Assembly (NCBI GenBank): GCA_964625085.1
Contig: CAZVAJ010000004.1
Location: forward strand, 367-60,849
Source of the DNA: Candidatus Micrarchaeota archaeon
Lineage (GTDB): Archaea; B1Sed10-29; JAJSAI01
Length of the DNA: 60,483 nt
Direction: 5' to 3'
Numbering within the stretch: position 1 is the stretch's first letter; each line of letters opens with the position of its first letter. The position numbers and the translations under genes were made by a program. Under the pieces are notes generated by a model, which searched no databases, had not been told where the DNA came from, and worked only from the letters and a program-made list of their open reading frames with translations. This document shows positions 47,344-55,831 of the stretch, piece after piece.

Positions 47344-48437
47344 AAGATTAGCTGTCCTTCTACCATTACATGAGAAACTTTTCTGTCCCCGAAAACAAGC
47401 TCCTTCAAGCCAGCTGCTTCTGACATGACCAAATCAGCATGCCAGCCCGGCTTAATCTTACCTGTCAGGGGAATCAGTCCAGGGGCACACAGCATTTCAA
47501 AAACCCTGCTAGTGCCATTGTTCTTTATTTTGTGAAGAAATCTTGCTTCTGCATGCAGGCTGACAGACTCGTTTATCACAGGCTCATCAGTACCCACAGC
47601 CAGCCTCTTGTTTTTTCCTTCTATACGTTCAATCAGGTGAATCGGAGGAGTCCTTGACCTAACGTTCTGGTTTGCTACAGGGCATACTGTAATCCACGAT
47701 CTTCTGTCGCGAAGAGTGTACACGTCTCGCGCGGTAGTGTACGTGCAGTGCACTGCGATAGTCTTCTCTGAGAACACGCCCAAGTTGTCCAGGAATAAAA
47801 CGCTGGTTCCCTTAAAACTGTTTTCAGATGCCGGAGCTTCTGCAACATGAACTTGTATGCCTGCTTCTTTCTTTTCTGCCAGGCTGACGATCCTTCTTAT
47901 TAGTTCCTCGCTTGTTTCTCTTTCATTAGCTATGCCAAAATCAGGAACCGCCCTTGAGCCTTTCCCCAGAATCCTGAAAAGACGCTCATTCTCCCTCAGA
48001 GTACGGCGGTTCTTGACCGCGATCGCAAGTCTTGCCCTCATTCCTGAATCCAAGTATCCTCTTGCTACAGGTTTTGCGTCAAGGCTCATGTTGCACGCTC
48101 TTATCACGCCTTCGCGCAGCATCATGCCGGCCATGCGGCGAACGTTATTGTACAACTCTCTTCTGGTGATCTGTTTTTCAAGCAGGAACAACTGCCTGAA
48201 GTAGTCAGGATATTTCTTCCCTATGCCCAGCCCCATAAAGGAGTACATGTGCGCATGAACGTGCGCATTACAAAAACCGGGAAAAACAGCCTTGGCAACG
48301 TGTCTTTCGTACCCGGCTGGGAAGGATCTTTTCTTTATCACGTCTGTTATAATCCCGTTCTCCACCAGAACAGTGCCCTTAAACGGCTTTTCGCCTGGAG
48401 AGTAGATCCTGCCGTACACAGCGTGTTCTTCCAGCAT
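47340..48437 (-). CDS. Amidohydrolase family protein (deaminase-like)
   Basis: PGFCNAHVH, QVHVAE, AVHC, CPVAN, VGTD, GKIKPGWHADLV. Confidence 0.85.
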   Translation of the reverse strand: MLEEHAVYGRIYSPGEKPFKGTVLVENGIITDVIKKRSFPAGYERHVAKAVFPGFCNAHVHAHMYSFMGLGIGKKYPDYFRQLFLLEKQITRRELYNNVRRMAGMMLREGVIRACNMSLDAKPVARGYLDSGMRARLAIAVKNRRTLRENERLFRILGKGSRAVPDFGIANERETSEELIRRIVSLAEKKEAGIQVHVAEAPASENSFKGTSVLFLDNLGVFSEKTIAVHCTYTTARDVYTLRDRRSWITVCPVANQNVRSRTPPIHLIERIEGKNKRLAVGTDEPVINESVSLHAEARFLHKIKNNGTSRVFEMLCAPGLIPLTGKIKPGWHADLVMSEAAGLKELVFGDRKVSHVMVEGQLIF

Positions 48438-48443
48438 TCTAGC

Positions 48444-49034
48444 TCACTTCTTGGATAATTCTTTCAGTAGTTCTGGAAAGCTCTCTGCATGAATGAACCT
48501 GATTCCCCACTTGTCAGCCCATTCCATTATTCCCTTGTCCCTGGAAACAACTCCTGCGTCAAGCTCTTTTGCAAGAAATAGCACATCAAGATCCTCTTTA
48601 GAGTCTACGATTCCCTGCCGCATTATTATCTTGAAATTCTGCCTAAGCTCTCTAAGCACGATGTCATCAGGCCTGTTTTCCCCCTTCTTGAAAACTGCTT
48701 TCTCTGCTTCACGCAGGGCCTTGTTCATCCGGTCCCTTATTTCTGAAATGTACTCGTAAACGAACTCGGCAGGAACCATCAGCTCCCTTCTAGAAGGGGA
48801 CTTCTGAACCAACCGCGCGTCAAGCGTTTTTATGAGCTTTTCAGTGTACCCTGACCTCTCGAGCATGCCTTTAAGTTCGTTCCATACTGCCGGGGGAGTG
48901 TAACAAGTTATGCTGTGCTTTCTAGCATTGCCCAATAATTTTACCATCAGCTTAACGTGCTTCAAGTCAGCTTTTTTTGATTCTCCGACTCCTATAAAAG
49001 CACTGGTGTCAATAACAAACCTCTGCCGTTTCAT
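48444..49034 (-). CDS. HARP, RNA-free RNase P (PIN domain; 'RNA ligase partner' family)
   Basis: FVIDTSAF, YTPP.V..EL, KSPSR, R.RMNKALR.AE, GIVDSKEDLDVLFLAKEL, SRDKGI. Confidence 0.9.
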   Translation of the reverse strand: MKRQRFVIDTSAFIGVGESKKADLKHVKLMVKLLGNARKHSITCYTPPAVWNELKGMLERSGYTEKLIKTLDARLVQKSPSRRELMVPAEFVYEYISEIRDRMNKALREAEKAVFKKGENRPDDIVLRELRQNFKIIMRQGIVDSKEDLDVLFLAKELDAGVVSRDKGIMEWADKWGIRFIHAESFPELLKELSKK

Positions 49035-49141
49035 AAGAGAAAAAAAGGAAACAATGTATTAAAAACGTTCCAGTCAGAAGCCCTGCACCATAAGAAGAAC
49101 AGAGGGTAATGTTTTTAAACCATCTGGTGCAGAATATTCTT

Positions 49142-49261
49142 TGCTCGGCGGCCACAGCGGGCGGGAAACACCCGGTCTCTTTCCGAACCCGGAAGTTAAG
49201 CCGTCCAGCGATCTTGTGTGTACTGCCCTCTTGGGCGGGAAAGCAAGGACGCTGCCGAGCA
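49142..49261 (+). rRNA. rrf: 5S rRNA (stand-alone)
   Basis: Terminal helix TGCTCGGC/GCCGAGCA, CCGAACCCGGAAGTTAAGCC core, GTACTG, GGGAAA; TTTTTAAA at 49112-49119 upstream and T-rich tract downstream. Confidence 0.96.
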
Positions 49262-49270
49262 CTTTTTGCT

Positions 49271-50101
49271 TTACACCCCGTACTTTTTTTTCACTTGCTT
49301 CCAATCTGGAATAAGCTTAAGCCTGTCTTTCCTCAGCTTTTTGTACTCTTCCACAGTCAGCCCTGCTGCCTCTGCCCTTTTAGTGACAGCACGCGTAATT
49401 GCTTCAGGAGGTTCAAAAAATTCTTTTGCGTACTCTCTTATGCCCTTGTCCCAGTATTTTTTGGGGTTTTTCGTCTTTGCTATCTCCTGGACCAACTCTT
49501 TTTTGAGCTTTTCAAGCGCAGGGTTTTCAAGGGGACTGTACCCTGCAAACAGTTCGGAAAGCTCTTCCCCGACCACCTGTTCTTTCACTTGGGCATGAAG
49601 CTCCTCTGAACTTATGATGGCAGGCCCGTGAGAAGCAAAAGAACCGCCGCCCTCCTGGTTTTTTTCCTTCAGGAAATGGTCTGAAAGGCGTCTTACGCCG
49701 CTGGCCTTTTTTTCAGGCAGGCGTTTTTTAGTGATTATAATATAGTCAACATCGCTTTCTGGATGAGCGTAACCTCCTGCTCTGCTTCCACTAACAACAA
49801 TCCCAATAAAATCTGGACCGAGCTCCTGCTTAAGCTTCTCGTGTAATTCAGGAAGATCTTTTAGCATAAGTTTTATTGTCCGGCCTTTATCCCTGCTGAG
49901 GATTATAGGAAACTTTCTTGTTCTTCTTATCTCTAATTCGCTTTCAGCCCGCAGTTCATCTATCTTTTTTCGCACATCGTAGTACTCTTCAGGATTCTTG
50001 TACTTTCCAAGAGCAAGGTCTTTTTTGGCCTTGTTCTCGAGCAAGTCCAGTAAATGCTCCCGTACTTTCATCCCGAACGATTTTCTGGTTTTTTTACGCA
50101 T
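49271..50101 (-). CDS. Nucleotidyltransferase domain protein (pol-beta/MNT-like)
   Basis: GIVVSGSRAGGYAHPESDVDYII (GS...DxD); start at ATG 50101. Confidence 0.8.
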   Translation of the reverse strand: MRKKTRKSFGMKVREHLLDLLENKAKKDLALGKYKNPEEYYDVRKKIDELRAESELEIRRTRKFPIILSRDKGRTIKLMLKDLPELHEKLKQELGPDFIGIVVSGSRAGGYAHPESDVDYIIITKKRLPEKKASGVRRLSDHFLKEKNQEGGGSFASHGPAIISSEELHAQVKEQVVGEELSELFAGYSPLENPALEKLKKELVQEIAKTKNPKKYWDKGIREYAKEFFEPPEAITRAVTKRAEAAGLTVEEYKKLRKDRLKLIPDWKQVKKKYGV

Positions 50102-50150
50102 AACCTCACGCGAACCATGCTCCCAAAAGAAGGAAGATTGGAAGGGGTTT

Positions 50151-51512
50151 TCAGAAGGGCTTGTATTCTTCCTCTTCTGGTGTTTCCTCTTCCTCTTCAG
50201 GCATTTCAAGCTCTTCAGGCTTTTTTCTCAAAAGCTTGAGAGAAGCTATCAAAAGAACCAACACTACTACAACTATTCCTGCATACAGCAGCGTGTTGTC
50301 TGCTTTCGGAACTTCCTCTTCTTCTTCCCCTGTTTCATTAGGCTTGCTCAAAAGAAGCTCTGTCTTGCTGGCTTTGGGGTTCTCTGCTAGCACGCTCAGG
50401 TTGTATAACACTTTTTCTCCTGTTCTTAAGGCAATAGCCTGAGAGCTAAGCACTTCAGACAACTGCTTGGCATTGGCGTCCTTTATCAGATCATAACAGG
50501 CCTTCGCGTTTAGCAAAGTGTCTGCTGCTTCTGAGCCTGTTAGTGAAAGCGAGGCAGTAACATACTCTTTCGCGCACTTGTAGTACGCATCTTCCCGGAT
50601 TTTTTTTCCGCTTTCTGTTTTATCCCTGTACATACAGTCTCCTGCGCTCTTGTATGCTGCACCTGCGTCCTCATACTTTCCAACCTGCTCGTAGATGTTT
50701 GCTGCTGCTGCATAGTGTTCCCAGCACTTTTGCATTTCAAGCGTTGTTTTAGGAGTCTTGTAGCAGCTTCCTGCTCCTGCAGAGTAGTCTGCTATTCTGC
50801 TTCCGCTTGTAACATCTATTGCTTTGCCAAAAGCCTGGTCGCATTTTTCAGGATCTCTTGAATAATCCCTGTAGCAGATTCCTGCTTTTGAATAGTTTTC
50901 AGCAGCTTGCGCAGGATATGTTTCTTTTATCAGGTCGCCTAGCGCTTCGTATACAGGACAAAGTTCCTTTCCGACCCTTCCAGCTTCTCCGTACGCTATT
51001 GCATGGTTATAGTACTCTAATGCTGTTGAAGGTTCATTGTTCTGCTCTGCCTCAACTGCTGCACCAAGAGCTGCTTTAAACGCGTTATCCTCATCTCCTG
51101 CGTCCCGGTAGCACTGAAAGGAAACAGAGTATGCTGAAACAGCATCATTATGCATGGAAAGTCCTTTGTATAACTCTGCCGCGCTTAAAGCTTCATCGCC
51201 GCAGGACCTTGGCTTGTCAGCCCGGTAATACTGTGCTGCAAGCAGGTAATCCTGAGCAGCCTGCTCTTGCTCTCCTGCGTTAATCAGGTTCTCTGCTGCA
51301 AGAGAATAGTACTGCGCTGCTTGCGTGCTCTTACCATCATCCGCGTAGCATTCTGCAGCCTGCTCGTACGCTGCTGCTGCACTAGAGTAGTCTCCGACCG
51401 CGAGCGCGCTCTCTGCACTGTCTATATACTGAGAACATGCTGAAGCAGCAAAAGAAGCAGTCATGAACACTGCAATTAACAATGTGAAAGCGAGTGGGAT
51501 TTTTCCTTTCAT
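50151..51512 (-). CDS. Secreted, C-terminally anchored TPR/SNAP-like helical repeat protein
   Basis: Signal peptide; repeats such as AAAAYEQAAECY and AAENYSKAGICY; C-terminal TM segment followed by RKK and acidic tail. Confidence 0.8.
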   Translation of the reverse strand: MKGKIPLAFTLLIAVFMTASFAASACSQYIDSAESALAVGDYSSAAAAYEQAAECYADDGKSTQAAQYYSLAAENLINAGEQEQAAQDYLLAAQYYRADKPRSCGDEALSAAELYKGLSMHNDAVSAYSVSFQCYRDAGDEDNAFKAALGAAVEAEQNNEPSTALEYYNHAIAYGEAGRVGKELCPVYEALGDLIKETYPAQAAENYSKAGICYRDYSRDPEKCDQAFGKAIDVTSGSRIADYSAGAGSCYKTPKTTLEMQKCWEHYAAAANIYEQVGKYEDAGAAYKSAGDCMYRDKTESGKKIREDAYYKCAKEYVTASLSLTGSEAADTLLNAKACYDLIKDANAKQLSEVLSSQAIALRTGEKVLYNLSVLAENPKASKTELLLSKPNETGEEEEEVPKADNTLLYAGIVVVVLVLLIASLKLLRKKPEELEMPEEEEETPEEEEYKPF

Positions 51513-51577
51513 TTTATACCACCGTACAGTAATTAAATCAACTCACGCAATGTTTTAAAAGGTTTCGCTGGATGAGA

Positions 51578-52438
51578 CTAGTAGTACGCTGACCTTATTG
51601 TGGAATAGATGTGCACACTGGAAAATAACAGGAACATCACTGCAGTATATGGTGAGAACACCCCTCCTCCAAGCACTTCATAGTACATGTGAGGATCTTG
51701 TAGGATAAACCCGCTAACAGCAAGAAAAGACGCCAGAGTAACTGTTGACAGCAGAACTACCCCTAGCAAAAACCGGTAGCAGTTTGACATAGGATGCTTA
51801 TTCAAAGAAGCAGTTATAACTGCGGCAGAGAACAGTACAAAAAGCAGGGAGGTCACAATATTTTGGCCAAGCACCCTCCCGGACGCCGCGAATAGCATGT
51901 TTGCAACCGCGGACGCCATAACAGCCAGTAAGATAGCTCTTGCTAGATTGCTAAAACCTTTAAAGAACAAGACCGAGCCCACTGCCGCAAACACAAACAT
52001 GCCTGAAGTAAGCATGCCATAACCCAGCAGATCATAACCTAAGTACCCAAACAGGAACAGGATCAGGGACAGGGACAATAACAATCCTGCCAAAAAAACT
52101 TCCGTGTTCAGGGATAATGCTCCCTTCTCTTTTGTCCTTTGGGATAACACTCCTGCTGCATTATACAAGTAGTATGAACAGACAACTCCTGCCAAGCCTG
52201 ACAGAAACAGAAAGAACAGCAAGGCATGCGTCTCCGAGTATACTCCTCCAGAAAGAAGTATCAACGATGAACTTGAAACAGTCACTCCAAGAAGACTAAC
52301 TGAAACCGCGGCCCATGCGCTGCTTTTCCCTATAATTGACCCCTTGACTTGGAGGTAGAACATCAAAAAGAATATTGAAGTCGCAAGGATCATTCCAGAC
52401 CCGAAAAGCCAAAGCAGTAATGCAGCAATATATTTCAT
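51578..52438 (-). CDS. Multi-pass membrane protein
   Basis: Almost entirely hydrophobic segments; directly follows the KaiC-like gene. Confidence 0.7.
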   Translation of the reverse strand: MKYIAALLLWLFGSGMILATSIFFLMFYLQVKGSIIGKSSAWAAVSVSLLGVTVSSSSLILLSGGVYSETHALLFFLFLSGLAGVVCSYYLYNAAGVLSQRTKEKGALSLNTEVFLAGLLLSLSLILFLFGYLGYDLLGYGMLTSGMFVFAAVGSVLFFKGFSNLARAILLAVMASAVANMLFAASGRVLGQNIVTSLLFVLFSAAVITASLNKHPMSNCYRFLLGVVLLSTVTLASFLAVSGFILQDPHMYYEVLGGGVFSPYTAVMFLLFSSVHIYSTIRSAYY

Positions 52439-52441
52439 TTC

Positions 52442-53020
52442 CTACACCTCAAAAATTTTATCCGCCATGCTCATCAAAAAATTTTTGATTCTTCCGCTCC
52501 CTGCAACAGGAACTGACAAAAGTATAACTATCGCTCCTTTCTTCCGGGTGTTTGACAAAAGCCGGTGTAAAAACTTCATTGTATCTTGTTCTGAGTTGTA
52601 CACTGGGAGAACTGCGACAGAGTCAAACAACGCAATCACTCCTTTATCCAGACTTCCGGAGATCTTCATCATAAGCTCATTCAAACTGGCAGGAGACTTT
52701 ACCATGACAACATTCCTTCCAGGAGATTCCTTTGAACTGCTAAGCCCGGAAGCAGCATCAATAACCTTGAAGTTCTCCAGTATTTGGGGGTCTATAGAGG
52801 ATGAGGGCCTTGAAAGGGAAACCAAAATTTTCTTAGCCTTTTTTTCTAGGAGGGTTGAAAGGACACTATTAAACGCAGAATTGTACTTGCCTATATCATT
52901 AATCACTACGAGTGCCACAAATCCTGGACGCGCATCTTGCAGCAGTCCGCTTGCAGAAAACTTTTCAACAGAAGATCTGAGGAAGTTCCCAACAACTTCT
53001 TCCTGACTCTGCATGCTCAT
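52442..53020 (-). CDS. Inactive RecA/KaiC-fold protein (DUF835/DUF7504-like)
   Basis: ILVSLSRP, VIDA, SPASLNEL, ALFDSV..L..YN, KFLH, MADK; no Walker A. Confidence 0.7.
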   Translation of the reverse strand: MSMQSQEEVVGNFLRSSVEKFSASGLLQDARPGFVALVVINDIGKYNSAFNSVLSTLLEKKAKKILVSLSRPSSSIDPQILENFKVIDAASGLSSSKESPGRNVVMVKSPASLNELMMKISGSLDKGVIALFDSVAVLPVYNSEQDTMKFLHRLLSNTRKKGAIVILLSVPVAGSGRIKNFLMSMADKIFEV

Positions 53021-53079
53021 TGTATCTGTAGGCACAAGCAAAAAAAGTGCAGAAAGTATAAAAAAGGTTCTGTTCTCTT

Positions 53080-53322
53080 TCATTTCTTGCTTTTTTTGCC
53101 GGGCTTTATGAAAACGTCTGCAACTATCTTGGCAACCAGCACCAAAATAAGAAGGTACATGGGATACCACCACAGGTCAGTTTTAGGCGGAATTGTGTTT
53201 GTTATTGCCAGCGTGTACCACTGTCCTGCAACAAACATGAACAGGGTGTACCCCACAAAAAACAGCAGCATGTCTTTTATTGCAACCCACACGTCCTTTA
53301 CTTCTGGTCCGATTATTGCCAT
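53080..53322 (-). CDS. Small two-TM membrane protein
   Basis: 80 aa, two hydrophobic helices, basic tail. Confidence 0.6.
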   Translation of the reverse strand: MAIIGPEVKDVWVAIKDMLLFFVGYTLFMFVAGQWYTLAITNTIPPKTDLWWYPMYLLILVLVAKIVADVFIKPGKKSKK

Positions 53323-53387
53323 GGTACTATTTTGAGGTTTGGGGGATTATAATTGTTTCGAAACAGCTTTTAAGCCCTTCATGCCCT

Positions 53388-53981
53388 TTAGTCCTTTTCC
53401 AGCACCCAGAACACCTTTTCTTCACGCGTTCCAGGCATAAAAACATGCGTGCTCTTCTTAAACCCTGCTTTTTTGAACGCGCGTTCCACTATCCTGGTTT
53501 CTTCTTTTGTTTTAGGATAGAACTGGACCACTGCAACCCCCTTCTTTTTTAGTACTCTGTAAAATTCTGACGCGGTTTTCTGATAGTTTGCTATAATTTC
53601 CTCTCTTGATTTTCCGGTTATCCACTGTAAGGCAGAAATGCATACTATGGCGCTGAAGCTTTCGTCAGGAAAAGGAATGCTTCGCATGTCTGCTTTTTTT
53701 ACTTGCAGTCCTTTTGCTTTTGCTATGTCAAGCATGGGCTGGGAAACGTCTATTCCTACGACAGAGTATCCTTTTTCTTTCAGGACTTCTGTAGAGAATC
53801 CTGTTCCGCAACCAACATCAAGTACACGGCCTTTTGATATTCTTCTGGACTTCAGCAGCTTTGCCGCGAACGCTGTCATCTCCTGCTGTACCTGCTTCAT
53901 TCTCCTGCTTTTCTCATAGTTTTCAGCGGTCTCTTTGGAGAAGTATACTTCAGGATAGTAATAACGCAGTTCCCAGGGCAT
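53388..53981 (-). CDS. Class I SAM methyltransferase, Bud23/WBSCR22-like
   Basis: PEVYF..TAENY..SRRM..VQ.EM, LDVGCGTG, GIDVS..MLD, ISALQW, AVVQFYP, KAGF. Confidence 0.8.
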   Translation of the reverse strand: MPWELRYYYPEVYFSKETAENYEKSRRMKQVQQEMTAFAAKLLKSRRISKGRVLDVGCGTGFSTEVLKEKGYSVVGIDVSQPMLDIAKAKGLQVKKADMRSIPFPDESFSAIVCISALQWITGKSREEIIANYQKTASEFYRVLKKKGVAVVQFYPKTKEETRIVERAFKKAGFKKSTHVFMPGTREEKVFWVLEKD

Positions 53982-53988
53982 TATCCTT

Positions 53989-54354
53989 TCATTCCTTCAG
54001 TTGCTGGAGTTCCTGCTTAAGCTCGTCTAAAGCCCTCTGCAGCTCATTAATCCTTCTGCTTATGCTTTCAACACTGCTGTCCACGTTCTTTTCCTGCACT
54101 ACCGCCACTGTTGAAGCAGCAGAGGGAACCATCTGCTGTTCTTCTTCAATTGGTTTGGCGTCCCAAACGCTCTTAGGCGGCTTCATGCTCGGAGGTATCA
54201 CAACAAGTTTTCTTTCTTTCGCTGCTCCGGCAGGGGGCTTCCAGAAAAGTTCCTCTCTTTCCCTCTGTTTTTGTTTGTTTTTCTCCTGAACTTCTTTTAT
54301 TCTCTGCTGCGCTTCATGCTCATACTTTGAGATTATGTCAGACATGAGGGACAT
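53989..54354 (-). CDS. Hypothetical protein with terminal coiled coils
   Basis: Charged N-terminal helix, Pro-rich middle, C-terminal heptad repeats. Confidence 0.6.
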   Translation of the reverse strand: MSLMSDIISKYEHEAQQRIKEVQEKNKQKQREREELFWKPPAGAAKERKLVVIPPSMKPPKSVWDAKPIEEEQQMVPSAASTVAVVQEKNVDSSVESISRRINELQRALDELKQELQQLKE

Positions 54355-54377
54355 GGTTTAGGAAAGGAAAAAATAGT

Positions 54378-54737
54378 TTATAAATCTTTCGCGGAAGACG
54401 CTATTTTTTGGTTAAGAGTATACATGTCCCCTGATTTTTCTATAACCTTCATTTTTTCAAGCTCTGGGAGGTCCTTTTCAGATTCTTTCCCGGACAAGAA
54501 AGTAAGCTCAGAGTAAGTTCTGTCTTTCACCGCCAGCATCTTCAGTGCTTTTCTGGCTGCAGGCGAAAGTTTTTTCCACAGGCCAGGAAAAGAAAGAACC
54601 TTAAGCTCCCCGTAGCTGTCTAGAGAAATGAACGACGGAGTGCTGCACTGTCTGCATATCACCCAGTCAAAAAACGTTTCGTCAGAAAGGAATGCCTTCA
54701 GGGTCGTGCTACATTCAGGACACTTCGCAATTATCAT
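54378..54737 (-). CDS. Zn-ribbon plus winged-helix-like protein
   Basis: CPEC...CRQC followed by LSPAARKALK..TYSEL..LEKMKVIEK.GDMYTL. Confidence 0.6.
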   Translation of the reverse strand: MIIAKCPECSTTLKAFLSDETFFDWVICRQCSTPSFISLDSYGELKVLSFPGLWKKLSPAARKALKMLAVKDRTYSELTFLSGKESEKDLPELEKMKVIEKSGDMYTLNQKIASSAKDL

Positions 54738-54781
54738 ACATTGAAAAGGCTTTTATTTTATTTAAACCATAAGGTTAGCTG

Positions 54782-55255
54782 ATGATAACGAACAGAAAGG
54801 TCTATGAGTCATGGAAGCCGGTTCAATACGCTAAGTATGAAAGCATGTTTCAAAAGATAAGAGATAGAATAAGGAAGGGAAGCTTGTTTGACTATGGAAT
54901 AGGCCCTGGCTGGCTGGAAATGTTTTTTGACGAGAAAGGGGTCAGGTTTGACAGGATAGTCGGGTTTGACCCTGAACCGAAAATGACCGAACCAAAACTC
55001 GCAAACGTTGAGTACGTGCACTCCGGACCTCTGGAAGAAGAGTTTGATAACGTGTTCTGCATTGACACCGCGCACCTGTTAAAAGAACCAGAAGAAGAAC
55101 TTCCTCATCTTGTCAGAAAGGGAGGACTTCTTGTAGTCAGTGTTCCAATGAGGTTCATGAACAAGATGCCTGAATTCAAGAGCATGCGGGTTCTTGAAAA
55201 GGGAATAGTAGGAAGCGCGGAGAAAGACTTTTTCTGGGCCTGGGAAAAGGTTTAA
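54782..55255 (+). CDS. Class I SAM-dependent methyltransferase
   Basis: LFDYGIGPG motif I, VGFD, FDNVFCIDTAH, LVRKGG. Confidence 0.75.
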   Translation: MITNRKVYESWKPVQYAKYESMFQKIRDRIRKGSLFDYGIGPGWLEMFFDEKGVRFDRIVGFDPEPKMTEPKLANVEYVHSGPLEEEFDNVFCIDTAHLLKEPEEELPHLVRKGGLLVVSVPMRFMNKMPEFKSMRVLEKGIVGSAEKDFFWAWEKV

Positions 55256-55282
55256 AACCCTTCTGAGGCTAAGTGAAAGAGT

Positions 55283-55828
55283 ATGATAGACGCGCTAGCA
55301 TTGTCCAGAGCTGTTGAAATAGGCTCTCTGGTTTTCCTGTTGCTCGTGTTACTCAGGGGCTGGATCAGGAAACACAATAATCCCAAGGCAGTACTCATAA
55401 TCTTCTTGTCTCTTTCAGTAATCCTGCTGTCATTAAAATACCTGTCCATTCCAGCGCCCAGCCACTCTAAGCTTGGGCTGCTAGGGCCTGCTGCTGCATT
55501 CACTGCAATAGCTGCATTGTACGACAAAAAGGTTAACAAGTGGTCTGTGACCGCTTATTCGCTAATCGTCTTGGTAGTACTTCTAATCCCCTACGTGTGG
55601 GTACTTTCTGTTATCTCAGTCCTGCTTGCACTAGGCAGTATTGCACTCGCAGGCTGGGCATACCATAACACGAAAAACAAAGGGCTTGTTTTCTTTATTC
55701 TGGGGATACTTGTATTCACAGGGCTGGGCATCACTGCCAGGCTGGGCCTGCTGCCCCATCAGACAAACATGTTGGGGCTCACTGCCGGAGTAATACTCTG
55801 GAGCATTCCGTTCCTGAAAAGAGTGTGA
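55283..55828 (+). CDS. Multi-pass membrane protein
   Basis: Several hydrophobic helices; 3 nt upstream of glyS. Confidence 0.7.
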   Translation: MIDALALSRAVEIGSLVFLLLVLLRGWIRKHNNPKAVLIIFLSLSVILLSLKYLSIPAPSHSKLGLLGPAAAFTAIAALYDKKVNKWSVTAYSLIVLVVLLIPYVWVLSVISVLLALGSIALAGWAYHNTKNKGLVFFILGILVFTGLGITARLGLLPHQTNMLGLTAGVILWSIPFLKRV

Positions 55829-55831
55829 AAC

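Noticed and set aside
49109..49609. 166-aa plus-strand ORF
   Set aside because: Overlaps the 5S rRNA gene and is antisense to the nucleotidyltransferase; shadow ORF.
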